Shown one piece after another: positions 38,599 to 48,826 of a stretch of DNA of 64,000 nucleotides; the first letter of the stretch is position 1, and the number at the start of each line of letters is the position of its first letter. A program made the position numbers and the translations under genes. The notes under the pieces were generated by a model. It was given only the letters and a program-made list of their open reading frames with translations, did no database searches and had not been told where the DNA came from. Origin of the DNA: Candidatus Magasanikiibacteriota bacterium (GTDB taxonomy: Bacteria > Patescibacteriota > Patescibacteriia > Magasanikbacterales > UBA922); contig JABIEQ010000002.1 in assembly GCA_018651085.1 (NCBI GenBank), positions 12,777 to 76,776 on the forward strand. Reading direction: 5' to 3'.

Positions 38599-39758
38599 AT
38601 CCATTCATTTTTGAGTTCTTGGAATCTATTTTCTTTTATTGCTTCTCGAATTTGTTTTGATAAATTAAGAAGGAAATATAGGTTGTGCATGCTTGCAATA
38701 CTATACGCAAGCAGTTCACTCGTATTAAATAGATGGTGCAGGTATGCACGAGAGTAATGACCAACAGGGGAGTTTTCTAATAATGGATCAATTGTTATTT
38801 TGTCTCGTTTATGAACAGCATTTGTAATATTTATTCTGTAGGTATTGCTTATTTTTTTATGCACGAATAATGTTCCATTTCTTGCCATTCTCGTAGGAGA
38901 CACACAATCAAATATATCAATGCCTTTTTCTACCACATCAAATAAATCTTTTGGGGAATGCCCAAGGCCCATGGTGTAGTGGGGTTTGTCTTCTGGAATG
39001 ATAGGGTTTACCCAATCAAGAATATTTTTTGTGGCTTCCATATTATATCCAACACTTTCTCCTCCAATGGCAATACCATCAAAGTCCATACTAGAAATAA
39101 TTTTGGCGCTTTCTTCTCTAAGATTTTTATGATTTGCTCCTTGAATAATACCGAATAAGAATTGGTTGTATCCGTGATGCTTGGTATTTTTTTTATGTGT
39201 ATCTAAACATTCTTTTGCCCAACGATGCGTTCGCTCCATGGCTTTTTTTGTGTACGTGCTATCTGCTTCGTCTGGGGTGCATTCGTCAAAGGCCATGATA
39301 ATATCAGCTCCTAATTTGTGTTGTGTTTCAATGGCGCTTTTTGGAGTGAATCGATGTTCTGATCCATCGATGTGTGAACGAAAGGTAACACCCTCGTCAT
39401 CAATTTTCACAAGAGGGTATGCATTTGTTCCTTCTTTTTTTTCTTTTTGTTTTCCTAAACTGAATACTTGAAAACCACCACTGTCAGTTAGTATTGGTTT
39501 ATCCCATTTCATGAAGTTATGAAGTCCACCAAATTCGTTAATGGTGTCTTCGCCCGGACGTAGATGTAGGTGATATGTATTGGCAAGAATAATCTGTGCA
39601 CCAATACTGTTTAAATTATTTGTATTAAGACCTTTTACTGTCGCTTGTGTGCCAACCGGCATAAATATAGGTGTCTCAATATCTCCATGATCTGTATGGA
39701 TGATGCCTGTTCTTGCAAGGCTCGTATTGTCTTTGTGAGTGATTTCAAAAAATGACAT
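38595..39758 (-). CDS. tgt: queuine tRNA-ribosyltransferase
   Basis: 387 aa; Tgt conserved blocks (FMPVGTQATVKG, zinc-site Cys/His near C-terminus). Confidence 0.8.
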   Translation of the reverse strand: MSFFEITHKDNTSLARTGIIHTDHGDIETPIFMPVGTQATVKGLNTNNLNSIGAQIILANTYHLHLRPGEDTINEFGGLHNFMKWDKPILTDSGGFQVFSLGKQKEKKEGTNAYPLVKIDDEGVTFRSHIDGSEHRFTPKSAIETQHKLGADIIMAFDECTPDEADSTYTKKAMERTHRWAKECLDTHKKNTKHHGYNQFLFGIIQGANHKNLREESAKIISSMDFDGIAIGGESVGYNMEATKNILDWVNPIIPEDKPHYTMGLGHSPKDLFDVVEKGIDIFDCVSPTRMARNGTLFVHKKISNTYRINITNAVHKRDKITIDPLLENSPVGHYSRAYLHHLFNTSELLAYSIASMHNLYFLLNLSKQIREAIKENRFQELKNEWI

Positions 39759-40176
39759 AGTGTTATGTGTTTGATCCTATCAGAGTTTTGTGTGTTTTTC
39801 AATATATGTTATTTTTTGTATGTTTGCTGTTGACAGTTTTTTTCTGATATGGCAATGTGGATATATACCTATATGAATCAAGCAATTTATACAATGTGTC
39901 ATGACCTCAAGATGTGGAGTATTACGCTCCGCTCTGTTGTGTTTGGTGTGTTTACACCTTTCCGGAGGCATGTTGTATCGAAGTAATTATTTTCTACTTT
40001 TATAAAACAAGCCGCCGGATAAATCTGGCGGCTTTTTTCTTTGTTGTCTAAGAGTGTACATCTTACCTAGTTGTATACCCTTAGGCCCCAACGTATACCC
40101 TTTACACGTGACACGATGATATGGGATTTGGCCTGATCCCACATATATTGTCGTTGTTCTTTTCTGGAGAAGGACT

Positions 40177-40431
40177 ATGGTTCCCTTGCCTCCTGGTGCG
40201 AGTGCTCATTTTTACACCGTCTATGGACGGCGGTTCGATTCTGACGGTAACCCTCTCGACGGAACGTCGACTCCTATGCCTCACCGGCCTGGTGGGTCAC
40301 ACATGGATTTCGGGCCTGACCCCGAGCGACCGAGCCCTCCGGGGGTTCTGCTCGAGTTCACGCTTAAGAAGGATGATGATGGCGAGGCTCCCGCCTCGCG
40401 TCCCGCTGCCCCTGCGGCGGTTGCTCGATGA
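40177..40431 (+). CDS. hypothetical Pro/Gly/Asp-rich small ORF within GC-rich island B (may be non-coding)
   Basis: 84-aa ORF in a 62% GC segment, GGAGAAGG RBS-like upstream; long ORFs arise by chance in GC-rich DNA. Confidence 0.2.
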   Translation: MVPLPPGASAHFYTVYGRRFDSDGNPLDGTSTPMPHRPGGSHMDFGPDPERPSPPGVLLEFTLKKDDDGEAPASRPAAPAAVAR

Positions 40432-40590
40432 TCGAGCGCCCTTCTGACGGTCCATCCGTATCCTCCTCCAACACAGACGGACACTTCATTTGCAAGTGTC
40501 CGTCTGCCCGCCTCATATGTCATAAACATTGTTTGTGGCATATGAAGCGGGTTTGCCTTTCTTTTTTTGTCTGATACAATTATAAACACT

Positions 40591-40935
40591 ATGTTATATC
40601 ATAAGAGTGATGCAAAATCATTTACTATTCCTGGTGGTACTGAAGGTGTATTGTATCCACCTAGCTTAAAAGGGGATCAGAGTGTTGCTGTTATTTCGAT
40701 GGATGGTCATTATCCTAAAGAAGGGTACTCACGAAATGATGTATGTACGGAAACGTTGTATCTTCTTGAGGGGGCATTTGAAATTGAATATGATGGAGCA
40801 TGGCATACACTTATTCCAGGTGACATATTTATGATATTACCTGATCATAAATATAGAACAAAAGGAAAAGGAAAAGCATGTGTATTTATTACTCCATCGT
40901 GGGATAGTGCGCAAAATCATATTACGTTAACTTAA
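40591..40935 (+). CDS. cupin-domain protein
   Basis: Small beta-barrel protein with cupin-like motifs; TTG at 40567, first ATG 40591. Confidence 0.45.
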   Translation: MLYHKSDAKSFTIPGGTEGVLYPPSLKGDQSVAVISMDGHYPKEGYSRNDVCTETLYLLEGAFEIEYDGAWHTLIPGDIFMILPDHKYRTKGKGKACVFITPSWDSAQNHITLT

Positions 40936-40943
40936 ATTTTCTT

Positions 40944-42068
40944 ATGCAACCTAAAGTTATTTATTCTGTTGGATCATATAGTGACATGTTTTATCGGATA
41001 GGGATTAATATTCCTGATCCATTTTTTTACTTTGATTTTGGGGACAAACAATATGTTTTTTTAGACCACCGAGAATATGGCGTGTTTGAAGAACATAATA
41101 CAAATGATGCTATTACTTTGGTTCTTTTAAATCCACTTCTTGAAAAAGCAATGGCCATGGATGAAAAATCATCTCTTACTTGTCGGCTTGCGTTTTTACT
41201 TTTTCAAGAGTATGACTTGAGTTCTAAAGAGATTCAGGTTCCAACAAATTTTCCACTTGATCTTGCTGATTATCTTCGTGCTAAAGGGATGACATTAATT
41301 CCTACAGCTCCTCTTTACCCTCAACGATTATATAAAACAAAAGAAGAAGCCGGATACATTCGTGAAGCCCTTGGGTTAACCTATAGTGGATATGAATGTG
41401 TGGAAGATGTGTTACGTGCGTCTACTATTTCGGGAGATACTCTTTTATATGAAGGGAATGTTCTTACAAGTGAATTTTTAAGCGCAAAAGTTGAGCAAAC
41501 GTTACTTTCACGAGATTTAGCATCAGAGTGCGGTATGATTGTGTCATGTGGTTCTCATGCGGCGATTCCACATCATCGTGGAGCTGGTCCGATTCGCCCA
41601 CACCAAACTATTATTTGTGACTTATTTCCACGGCATAGAAAAACTGGATATTTTAGTGACATTACAAGAACGTTTGTAAAAGGTACTGTGTCTGACGAGA
41701 TTAAAAAAATGTATGATGCTGTGTATGAAGCGCAGACTACTGCTGTGAAGATGATTAAGCCGGGTGTAGAAAGAAGTGATGTGCATCAAGCATGTATTGA
41801 TATCTTTTTAGCTCGTGGGTATCACGCAGGGGATAAGGGGTTTACTCATGGAACTGGTCATGGACTTGGTATTGATTTACATGAAGCACCGTATGTTCGT
41901 GGGGCGTCTGAAGTTTCTGGCGTGTTTGAACCAGGACATGTTGTGACAGTTGAACCAGGATTGTATTATCCAGAGATTGGTGGTATTCGGATTGAAGACG
42001 TGGTATGGGTAACAGAAGACGGGAATGATAACCTTACAACGTATCATAAGGATTATCATATTGCGTAG
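40944..42068 (+). CDS. M24-family Xaa-Pro aminopeptidase/prolidase-like
   Basis: Creatinase/prolidase N-domain plus pita-bread metal ligands (HGTGHGLGIDLHEAP, VEPGLY...IRIED). Confidence 0.75.
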   Translation: MQPKVIYSVGSYSDMFYRIGINIPDPFFYFDFGDKQYVFLDHREYGVFEEHNTNDAITLVLLNPLLEKAMAMDEKSSLTCRLAFLLFQEYDLSSKEIQVPTNFPLDLADYLRAKGMTLIPTAPLYPQRLYKTKEEAGYIREALGLTYSGYECVEDVLRASTISGDTLLYEGNVLTSEFLSAKVEQTLLSRDLASECGMIVSCGSHAAIPHHRGAGPIRPHQTIICDLFPRHRKTGYFSDITRTFVKGTVSDEIKKMYDAVYEAQTTAVKMIKPGVERSDVHQACIDIFLARGYHAGDKGFTHGTGHGLGIDLHEAPYVRGASEVSGVFEPGHVVTVEPGLYYPEIGGIRIEDVVWVTEDGNDNLTTYHKDYHIA

Positions 42069-42763
42069 AGGGTGTGTATAGTTTTTTTGTACATTCCTTG
42101 CAGAATGGTTTTTCCTTTGGTATAGTGAAAAAAGTGAAATATATAATAATGTATGAGATTACTTGGTAAGACAACTCTGTTTATTTCTTTCCCCTGGCAT
42201 GTGGTAGCTTTTTCTTTTCGCCACATTCTGTTTATTGTGGGAGGGAACGGGGTATATGCTTATCAACACGAATGTATGTAGTGGTTGAGTAATAAGATTG
42301 TATACCCCACAGATGTGGGGTATTTTATTTGAGTATGGATAGAAGAAATGATTATCATTTCTTCTATGCGTACGCAAGTACGCAGGCCCCCGCAATACTG
42401 GGAAATATAGCGGTGGGAAGAAAAACACAACACTCTGGGAGTGAGGCTTTCTATCTAACATATATAGGTAAAAGGTCTCATTCCTTCGCTCTTTACCATT
42501 TTACACTGCAAGAGTCACCATTTGGTGGCTTTTTGCTTTGTTGACACCAATTTATTTTTATAGTACGGTATATCGTCGTATCTAAACATAAAGAAAAGCA
42601 TATCTTTATTTGGTATATTTTTCTTTCTTTTTAGTGATTCGTTGCTCGAAAGGAACTGGTCGTGCACTGCGCCAGGCGTATCTGCGAAGCAGTATCTGTC
42701 ATTCTTAGATCCAGCCATAGCGCTGGTGCGGGAGAAAAAGAAATGCCGAACTCGTTGAAATAA

Positions 42764-43249
42764 TTGAAACCGGGGGTTTACCGGCTTCATGATCCTAGTA
42801 GGCCAGGAGGTCGCTGGGAGTGGGTCCGCCTTGATGAGGTATCTCGAATTTTGGGGGTGAGCCCCTCGGACGTGCTAGAGCGGTACAAGCCGCTTTTCTG
42901 GCAACCCGGCGAGGATCTGCTTCAGATGGAGATGTCTCTCATGACCTCTTCTGGTGTGTTCTTGACCCATGTTCCGGGAGATCTTCGTTGGCTCTACGTA
43001 CCGAAGGGGTTCTCTGATGATGTCCTCACGGTCGCTAAACTGGGGATTGATTCTTTCCAAAAAGAGATGATGCCCCACTACATGACTACGGTTCCGCACG
43101 CGACGGTGCGAGCCTTTCGTCCTGTCCGGGGGCAGTGTCTTCTCATCGTGGGATACGTCGGCGAGGAACGCTACGATTCCACAGACGGGCGTAATCTGGC
43201 TCAACCACTCCTCAGGAGCCCCTGGCGCCCCTGTGGTCCTCCCATTTGA
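42764..43249 (+). CDS. hypothetical protein with N-terminal excisionase/AlpA-like HTH motif, in GC-rich island C
   Basis: 161-aa ORF at about 58% GC; VRLDEVSRILGVSPSDVLERY resembles HTH_17 (L..E.A..LGVS..T.YR); overlapping antisense ORF judged spurious. Confidence 0.35.
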   Translation: MKPGVYRLHDPSRPGGRWEWVRLDEVSRILGVSPSDVLERYKPLFWQPGEDLLQMEMSLMTSSGVFLTHVPGDLRWLYVPKGFSDDVLTVAKLGIDSFQKEMMPHYMTTVPHATVRAFRPVRGQCLLIVGYVGEERYDSTDGRNLAQPLLRSPWRPCGPPI

Positions 43250-43942
43250 ACTACAATAAGTCATCACGCATTGCATGGCGTTTGATGCCAGAGGCTTGTC
43301 CTCTGTTGGTTAGCTCATACCTATTTGAGCCGCGTCCTGCGTTACGGATCCTTTCCTTTAATGTCTTAGCGTTGATGCAACAGCTTCTAGGACCCTTCCC
43401 TTTGTTATCTTTTATGTAAAGATGGTAGGGGAAAGTGGGTATAAAGACACTTCACATTTGTGGGGTGTTTTTTGTTGTGGATAACTTATGGATATTTTTC
43501 TTGACCACTGTATATTCATGATGTACAGTACTTATGTTGTGGGGCGACAAGTGTTGTCTCCCCCGTTTTTCTTCCCCGTTACCTGGAGCCCGTTATGAAC
43601 GGCATCCCCAACATCCCTCTCTTCCCGATGGCTTTCCCGGCACACCCCGCGCGCCCGCTGCGTCCGGCCCACCCTGGCATCCCGCACACCCCGTGCTGGC
43701 CCTAGTCTGACGCCGATCGGCGAGAGAGAGATGGACCTTTCCCCTGCGGGGGAAGGATGAAGGCTTTCGGGTCGACCAACGCTGCTTGCAGCCTGGTCGA
43801 CCCGAGGGTTCGATCATATTTCACGCATTGCGTGTTTTTTTTATTGCATTAATTTTTTTATATTGTTGGTAAGGTAATTAAAAACGCCTCAAAGGGCGTT
43901 TTTAATTATGTTCTTTTATGATTGGATTGTTGTTGTTTGTAT

Positions 43943-44713
43943 TTAAAATTTACTTTTTAATACAACGTGATCAACAAAGTTTTTAATAATTTTATGTGTA
44001 TCAGGTGTTTTCATAATTCTGTCAGTAATGCCTTGTAAATCTTTTTTAAGATTTGGGTATTTATCTTTATACCAAGCTAGTCGTTCAACAATGTCTTCGT
44101 AATCAATTTCTGGGTGAAATTGAAAAGCATAAAATGGTTTATTTTTTATTTTAAAAATATGAATGGGGCATTTTTCTGCGTGTGCAAGAAGAATAGCGTC
44201 TGGTGGAAGTTTGTCTGCGAGCTTTGAGTGGAAGGTGACTGCAGAAAAAGGATTAGGTATGTCTTTAAATACGGGATCAACTTGACCTTCACTTGTTAGA
44301 TGGATGTATGCTGATCCATCTTCCATGTTTTCGTTATCAACAACCATCCGTCCATCAAATAAGTCAATTGCTACTTGAAATCCAAAACACGAAATGAGTG
44401 TTGGGATTCCTTGTTCTTTTGCATAGCTTAAGATGTCTTGCATTGATTCAATGTATGGATACCGTTCTTTATCGTATTTCACAATAACACCAGTAGCTTC
44501 TTTTGGATCATCACTTGTTCCACCCATAAAAAGCATGTCATATTGGTCAAGGATTGTTTTATCAAAAATTGGTGTGTTAAACACATCAATACTTGTACAT
44601 TGTTCTTTTTCAATTCCTGCAAACCGTACAAATTGATCATGTTCACGAGTACGTGTTTGTTCATCTTTTCGAAATTGGATGAGGAGTGCTTTTATATTGG
44701 TTCTGTCTTTCAT
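43943..44713 (-). CDS. class I glutamine amidotransferase-like protein
   Basis: GATase1-like fold with Cys nucleophile region (ISCFGFQ) and His/Glu pair near C-terminus. Confidence 0.55.
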   Translation of the reverse strand: MKDRTNIKALLIQFRKDEQTRTREHDQFVRFAGIEKEQCTSIDVFNTPIFDKTILDQYDMLFMGGTSDDPKEATGVIVKYDKERYPYIESMQDILSYAKEQGIPTLISCFGFQVAIDLFDGRMVVDNENMEDGSAYIHLTSEGQVDPVFKDIPNPFSAVTFHSKLADKLPPDAILLAHAEKCPIHIFKIKNKPFYAFQFHPEIDYEDIVERLAWYKDKYPNLKKDLQGITDRIMKTPDTHKIIKNFVDHVVLKSKF

Positions 44714-44822
44714 ATCATGATTAATAATTATCTTAATCTAGCAATATTTATGGGTGTTGTCAATTGTAGGTGAATTTTCTTTTTGTGTTACTTATGCCAT
44801 ACTAGGCTCGTATTTCTATAGT

Positions 44823-46868
44823 ATGATTGATTTTGATTCTGAATTAAACAAAGAACAATTAGATGTTGTGCGCCATGGAGATGGCGCTTGTTTAGTGTTA
44901 GCTGGTGCGGGAAGTGGTAAAACACGGACGATTATTTATAGAGTGGCATATCTTTTAGAACAAGGAGTTAATCCAGAAGAAATTCTTCTTGTGACGTTTA
45001 CGAATAAAGCCGCAAAAGAAATGGTTCAACGTCTTGAGCGTATTGTAGAAGGGCAGATGAAGCTTCCTTGGTCGGGGACATTCCACAGGGTGACGTATAA
45101 AATACTTCGAAAATATGCATCCCTTTTAGGATATAGTAATAATTTTACAATTTTAGATTCAGGGGATAGTCTTGATTTATTGAAGTTGTGTATTAAACAA
45201 GAAGGGGTTGATAGGAAAAAGCGACGGTTTCCTTCAGCAAAAGTATTACGATCGCTGATTAGTTATGCGAGGAATGCTCAGATGCCTATTGAAGATGTGC
45301 TTAAGGAAAAACATCCACAGTGGATGGATATTGCTGACGTGATTTCACGTATTGGTGACGATTATGCAAAACGAAAAAAAGAAGCTCAAGCAATGGATTT
45401 TGATGATCTTTTAGTAAATGCGTATTTATTGTTTTTGAAAAATGAAAAATTACGACGATTGTTTAGTACACAGTTTAAATATGTATTGGTTGACGAGTAC
45501 CAAGACACGAATAGAATTCAAGCTTCTTTAATCCATTTATTATCGTCGCATCATAAAAATCTTTTAGTGGTGGGGGATGATGCACAAAGTATTTATTCAT
45601 TTCGGGCTGCTGACATTAAAAATATTTTAGACTTTGAAGCGCGGTTTCGTGGTGCAAAAGTTTTTCGACTTGAAACAAATTATCGTTCAACTCCTGAGAT
45701 ATTGTTTGTTGCAAATGATGTTATTTCCCACAATGCTTCGCAATATCAAAAAACCCTTCGAGCAACACGGGATGTGTTTTGTCGTCCAGAAGTGCATCCT
45801 TTTTCTGATATCCAAGAAGAAGCTGCCTTTATTGCTGACCGTGTGTTAGAACTACGTGACGAAGGAGTTGCACTTCCTAAAATTGCGGTTCTTTTTCGTG
45901 CAGCATATCAATCTCAAGCACTTGAGGTAGAACTGGTTAAGCGAGATATTCCTTATGAATATCGTGGTGGTGTTCGTTTTTTTGATCGATCTCATATTAA
46001 AGATGTTTTAGGGTATTTACGTGTGTTTCATAATCCTGTTGATGTTGTTGCGTGGAGCCGAGTTCTTACCATGCAAGCAGGCATCGGGCCTGCGAGTGCA
46101 CAAAAAATCATTCAAGCTCTTAAGGGGAGTGATGACGATGTTGATCTCGAAGCGCTTGGGCAATCCATATTGTCTGTTCGTGCTCGTGTTGGTTGGGCTG
46201 ATTTTTTGTCTGTTTGGGAAGGTTTGCATGCATGTGAAAATCCGCATCCGCATGAACTCATTAAAAGTGTGCTTGATTCTAATTATGTTACGTATATTGA
46301 AAACGAGCATGATAATTATCGTGAACGATTGCAAGACATTGAACAATTAGCGTTGTATGCTGAAAGACAACCTGACATTGCACAGTTTTTGGCAGATGTG
46401 ACGCTTCAAGAAGGATTTACCGCAGCACAAGCACGTGGTGTGTCTGATGACGATGAGCATATGGTGCTTTCTACTATTCATCAGGCTAAAGGACTTGAAT
46501 GGGACACCGTATTTGTTATGGGCGTGTCAAATGGACAGTTTCCAAGTGAAAGATCATTGAAAGAACCTAAAGGATTGGAAGAAGAAAGGCGATTATTTTA
46601 TGTTGCTGTTACCCGTGCAGAGCGATTACTTTATTTTAGTTATAGTTTAACCGGAGGATTTAGATCAGCCCTTGCTGGTCCGAGTGTCTTTATTGATGAA
46701 ATTGCACGAGACCTTGTCGATCATCATAATTTTAGAGATTTGCCACTTATTGCCTTTACTGATCCGAGCGATAGTGTTGATAATGTGTCTTATGTCGCAG
46801 AAGACGATGCGTGGAATGATTGGGGAGAGAAACGAACGAGTTTTTTAAAGAGCATTGATGAATATTAG
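44823..46868 (+). CDS. UvrD/PcrA/Rep-family ATP-dependent DNA helicase
   Basis: Walker A AGAGSGKTRT, DEYQDTN, helicase motifs III-VI (TNYRST, VAVTRA); start moved to ATG 44823. Confidence 0.85.
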   Translation: MIDFDSELNKEQLDVVRHGDGACLVLAGAGSGKTRTIIYRVAYLLEQGVNPEEILLVTFTNKAAKEMVQRLERIVEGQMKLPWSGTFHRVTYKILRKYASLLGYSNNFTILDSGDSLDLLKLCIKQEGVDRKKRRFPSAKVLRSLISYARNAQMPIEDVLKEKHPQWMDIADVISRIGDDYAKRKKEAQAMDFDDLLVNAYLLFLKNEKLRRLFSTQFKYVLVDEYQDTNRIQASLIHLLSSHHKNLLVVGDDAQSIYSFRAADIKNILDFEARFRGAKVFRLETNYRSTPEILFVANDVISHNASQYQKTLRATRDVFCRPEVHPFSDIQEEAAFIADRVLELRDEGVALPKIAVLFRAAYQSQALEVELVKRDIPYEYRGGVRFFDRSHIKDVLGYLRVFHNPVDVVAWSRVLTMQAGIGPASAQKIIQALKGSDDDVDLEALGQSILSVRARVGWADFLSVWEGLHACENPHPHELIKSVLDSNYVTYIENEHDNYRERLQDIEQLALYAERQPDIAQFLADVTLQEGFTAAQARGVSDDDEHMVLSTIHQAKGLEWDTVFVMGVSNGQFPSERSLKEPKGLEEERRLFYVAVTRAERLLYFSYSLTGGFRSALAGPSVFIDEIARDLVDHHNFRDLPLIAFTDPSDSVDNVSYVAEDDAWNDWGEKRTSFLKSIDEY

Positions 46869-46954
46869 TTTTTTTGTCTGTCCCTTGACAGAGTTGTTTT
46901 TTTTGCCTATACTCACCCAAAAACCCTTGTTTATTCATGTAAACTATTAGAGAT

Positions 46955-47434
46955 ATGAAATTTGATGGTATTTTTGAAAAAACTATTGTTATTGTGAAGC
47001 CGGATGGTGTTCAGCGTGGGCTAGTTGGAGAGATTGTTCGTCGTCTTGAAATGAAAGGATTAAAGATCGTTGGACTTAAAATGATGTATCTTAGTGAAGC
47101 TGCACTTCGTGAGCATTATGCGCATCATGTTGAAAAGCCATTTTATCCTGGGCTTGAATCATTCATGCAGTCCTCTCCTGTTGCTGTCATTTGTGCAGAA
47201 GGGAAGAATGCTGTAGGAGCGGTTCGTCTTATTGCCGGGATTACGAATGCTGGTGAAGCTGATGCTGGAACTATGCGAGGAGACCTTGCTATGGGACTTT
47301 GTAATGTTGTTCATTGTTCTGACTCAGTTGATAATGCTAAAGCAGAAGTTACACGATTTTTCGATGAGAATGAAATTTTTGATTACGATAAGACTGAATG
47401 GACTCACGTATACATGGATGATGAGCGTGCATAA
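46955..47434 (+). CDS. ndk: nucleoside diphosphate kinase
   Basis: TIVIVKPDGVQRGLVGEIVRRLE.KGLKIVGLKMM and active-site His region; followed by hairpin terminator. Confidence 0.85.
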   Translation: MKFDGIFEKTIVIVKPDGVQRGLVGEIVRRLEMKGLKIVGLKMMYLSEAALREHYAHHVEKPFYPGLESFMQSSPVAVICAEGKNAVGAVRLIAGITNAGEADAGTMRGDLAMGLCNVVHCSDSVDNAKAEVTRFFDENEIFDYDKTEWTHVYMDDERA

Positions 47435-47512
47435 TGTAGACGGTCTTGTTATTATTTGATACGGTAAAACTCACGACTTGTTCGTGGGTTTTCTATTTAA
47501 TAAAGTGGTCCT

Positions 47513-48598
47513 ATGCATATTATAACTATTGGATCAGATAAAACACTTCTTGATGTGCGTTCTGCTGCAGCAAAACGTGCTATTGAATATGGATCATTGG
47601 TAAAGAAATATACCGTTGTCATTCCTGGAAATGCACATAAACATGTGGTACTAAGTGATACTGTTGATGTATATATGGTGCGTGGAAAATATCGGGTGAT
47701 ACAGTTTTTTTCTCTTCTTCTTTTTCTTTTTCGTCTTTCTAAGCAACATCAGTATACGGTTATTTCTTCGCAAGACCCGTATTTTTTTGGATTGATTGGA
47801 TATGTTTTTTCTCGAGTGCGAGGTCTTGGTTTAGAAGTACAAATCCATGGATGGGGAAGACAAACGTATATACATCGATATATTTCTTCTTTTGTTGTTT
47901 CTCGAGCAAAGTCTTTACGAGTGGTGAGTCATCGTTTGAAACGTGATCTTCTTCATCTTGGTGTATCTTCTAAGTGTATACATATTGTATCCATTTATAC
48001 AGATCTTAGTATGTTCTTTTCTTTACCACGTACTCTTTCCTCTTTATTTACTTTTTTAACGGTTTCTCGATTGGTTCCTATTAAACGTGTGTCTTTGCAA
48101 CTTAAAGCATTTGCAGACGTTGTTTCTCGTCATAGCCACGCACGTTTATCTATAGTAGGGGATGGGTCTGATCGCTCTACACTTGAAGCTCTTGCTGTTT
48201 CTCTTGGTATTACTGATAAGGTTACGTTCCATGGGGCAATTTCTCATGATGAGTTACCATCATATTATAAAAAAGCAGATTGTTTTTTATGTACATCTTG
48301 TTCTGAAGGGTGGGGATTGGTTGTTATAGAAGCTGCTGCATCGTCATTACCTATTATTATGAGTGATGTTGGTTGTGCAGGAGAAGTAATCATTGATAAA
48401 AAGAGTGGTCTTATCTTGTCTACTTCACGCGTTGAAGATCTTATTAGTTTGATGGAAGAAATGATTACGAAAGAGAAAATGCGTTCTTCGCTTGGAATGT
48501 CTGCTCATAAAGTTGTATCGATGCTTCCTACAAAGGAACAAACACTTGATGCGTATTATGCATCTTGGAAACAGGCATCAAAGAAGCCTATAGTGTAG
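47513..48598 (+). CDS. glycosyltransferase family 1
   Basis: C-terminal GT1 motif (EGWGLVVIEAAASSLPII), 361 aa. Confidence 0.7.
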   Translation: MHIITIGSDKTLLDVRSAAAKRAIEYGSLVKKYTVVIPGNAHKHVVLSDTVDVYMVRGKYRVIQFFSLLLFLFRLSKQHQYTVISSQDPYFFGLIGYVFSRVRGLGLEVQIHGWGRQTYIHRYISSFVVSRAKSLRVVSHRLKRDLLHLGVSSKCIHIVSIYTDLSMFFSLPRTLSSLFTFLTVSRLVPIKRVSLQLKAFADVVSRHSHARLSIVGDGSDRSTLEALAVSLGITDKVTFHGAISHDELPSYYKKADCFLCTSCSEGWGLVVIEAAASSLPIIMSDVGCAGEVIIDKKSGLILSTSRVEDLISLMEEMITKEKMRSSLGMSAHKVVSMLPTKEQTLDAYYASWKQASKKPIV

Positions 48599-48796
48599 GT
48601 GCTGTGTGGATATTAGGTCTGTATTTGACAGATGCATAGGTTTCTCTTTATACTTTATATAGATCCTATCTTTTTGGTACAATCATATTCGATATTAGCC
48701 TATTGGGACACCTACATTGCGTCTGTCTGCGGACTAACGTTGCGGAGACCCACCTGATTTCAGGAATATGGGCTGTCCAAAAGTAGGATCGGTAAA

Positions 48797-48826
48797 AAAT
48801 AACCTCATATGAGGTTATTTTTTATT
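48797..48826 (+). terminator. intrinsic terminator/attenuator hairpin in leader of the thioredoxin-DsbD gene
   Basis: aaaaaataacctcatatgaggttatttttt immediately 5' of the coding start. Confidence 0.55.

Noticed and set aside
40228-40265. tmRNA hypothesis for island B, based on a GGUUCGAUUC T-loop-like motif
   Set aside because: The 5 nt flanking the putative T-loop (GGCGG / CUGAC) are not complementary. No acceptor-stem pairing or in-frame ...ALAA-type tag with resume codon could be found on either strand.
42875-43276. 133-aa minus-strand ORF in island C
   Set aside because: Antisense overlap with the more protein-like plus-strand ORF 42764-43249; GC-rich DNA generates long spurious antisense ORFs.
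43325-43350. Possible group II intron domain V (gagccgcgtcctgcgttacggatcc) in island C; a similar gagccggcgcttcgtatgtctg occurs in island A
   Set aside because: Neither folds into the 34-nt D5 consensus helix (GAGCCGUAUG...CACGUACGGUUC with AGC triad and bulge). No RT or maturase ORF and no D6 bulged A are evident.
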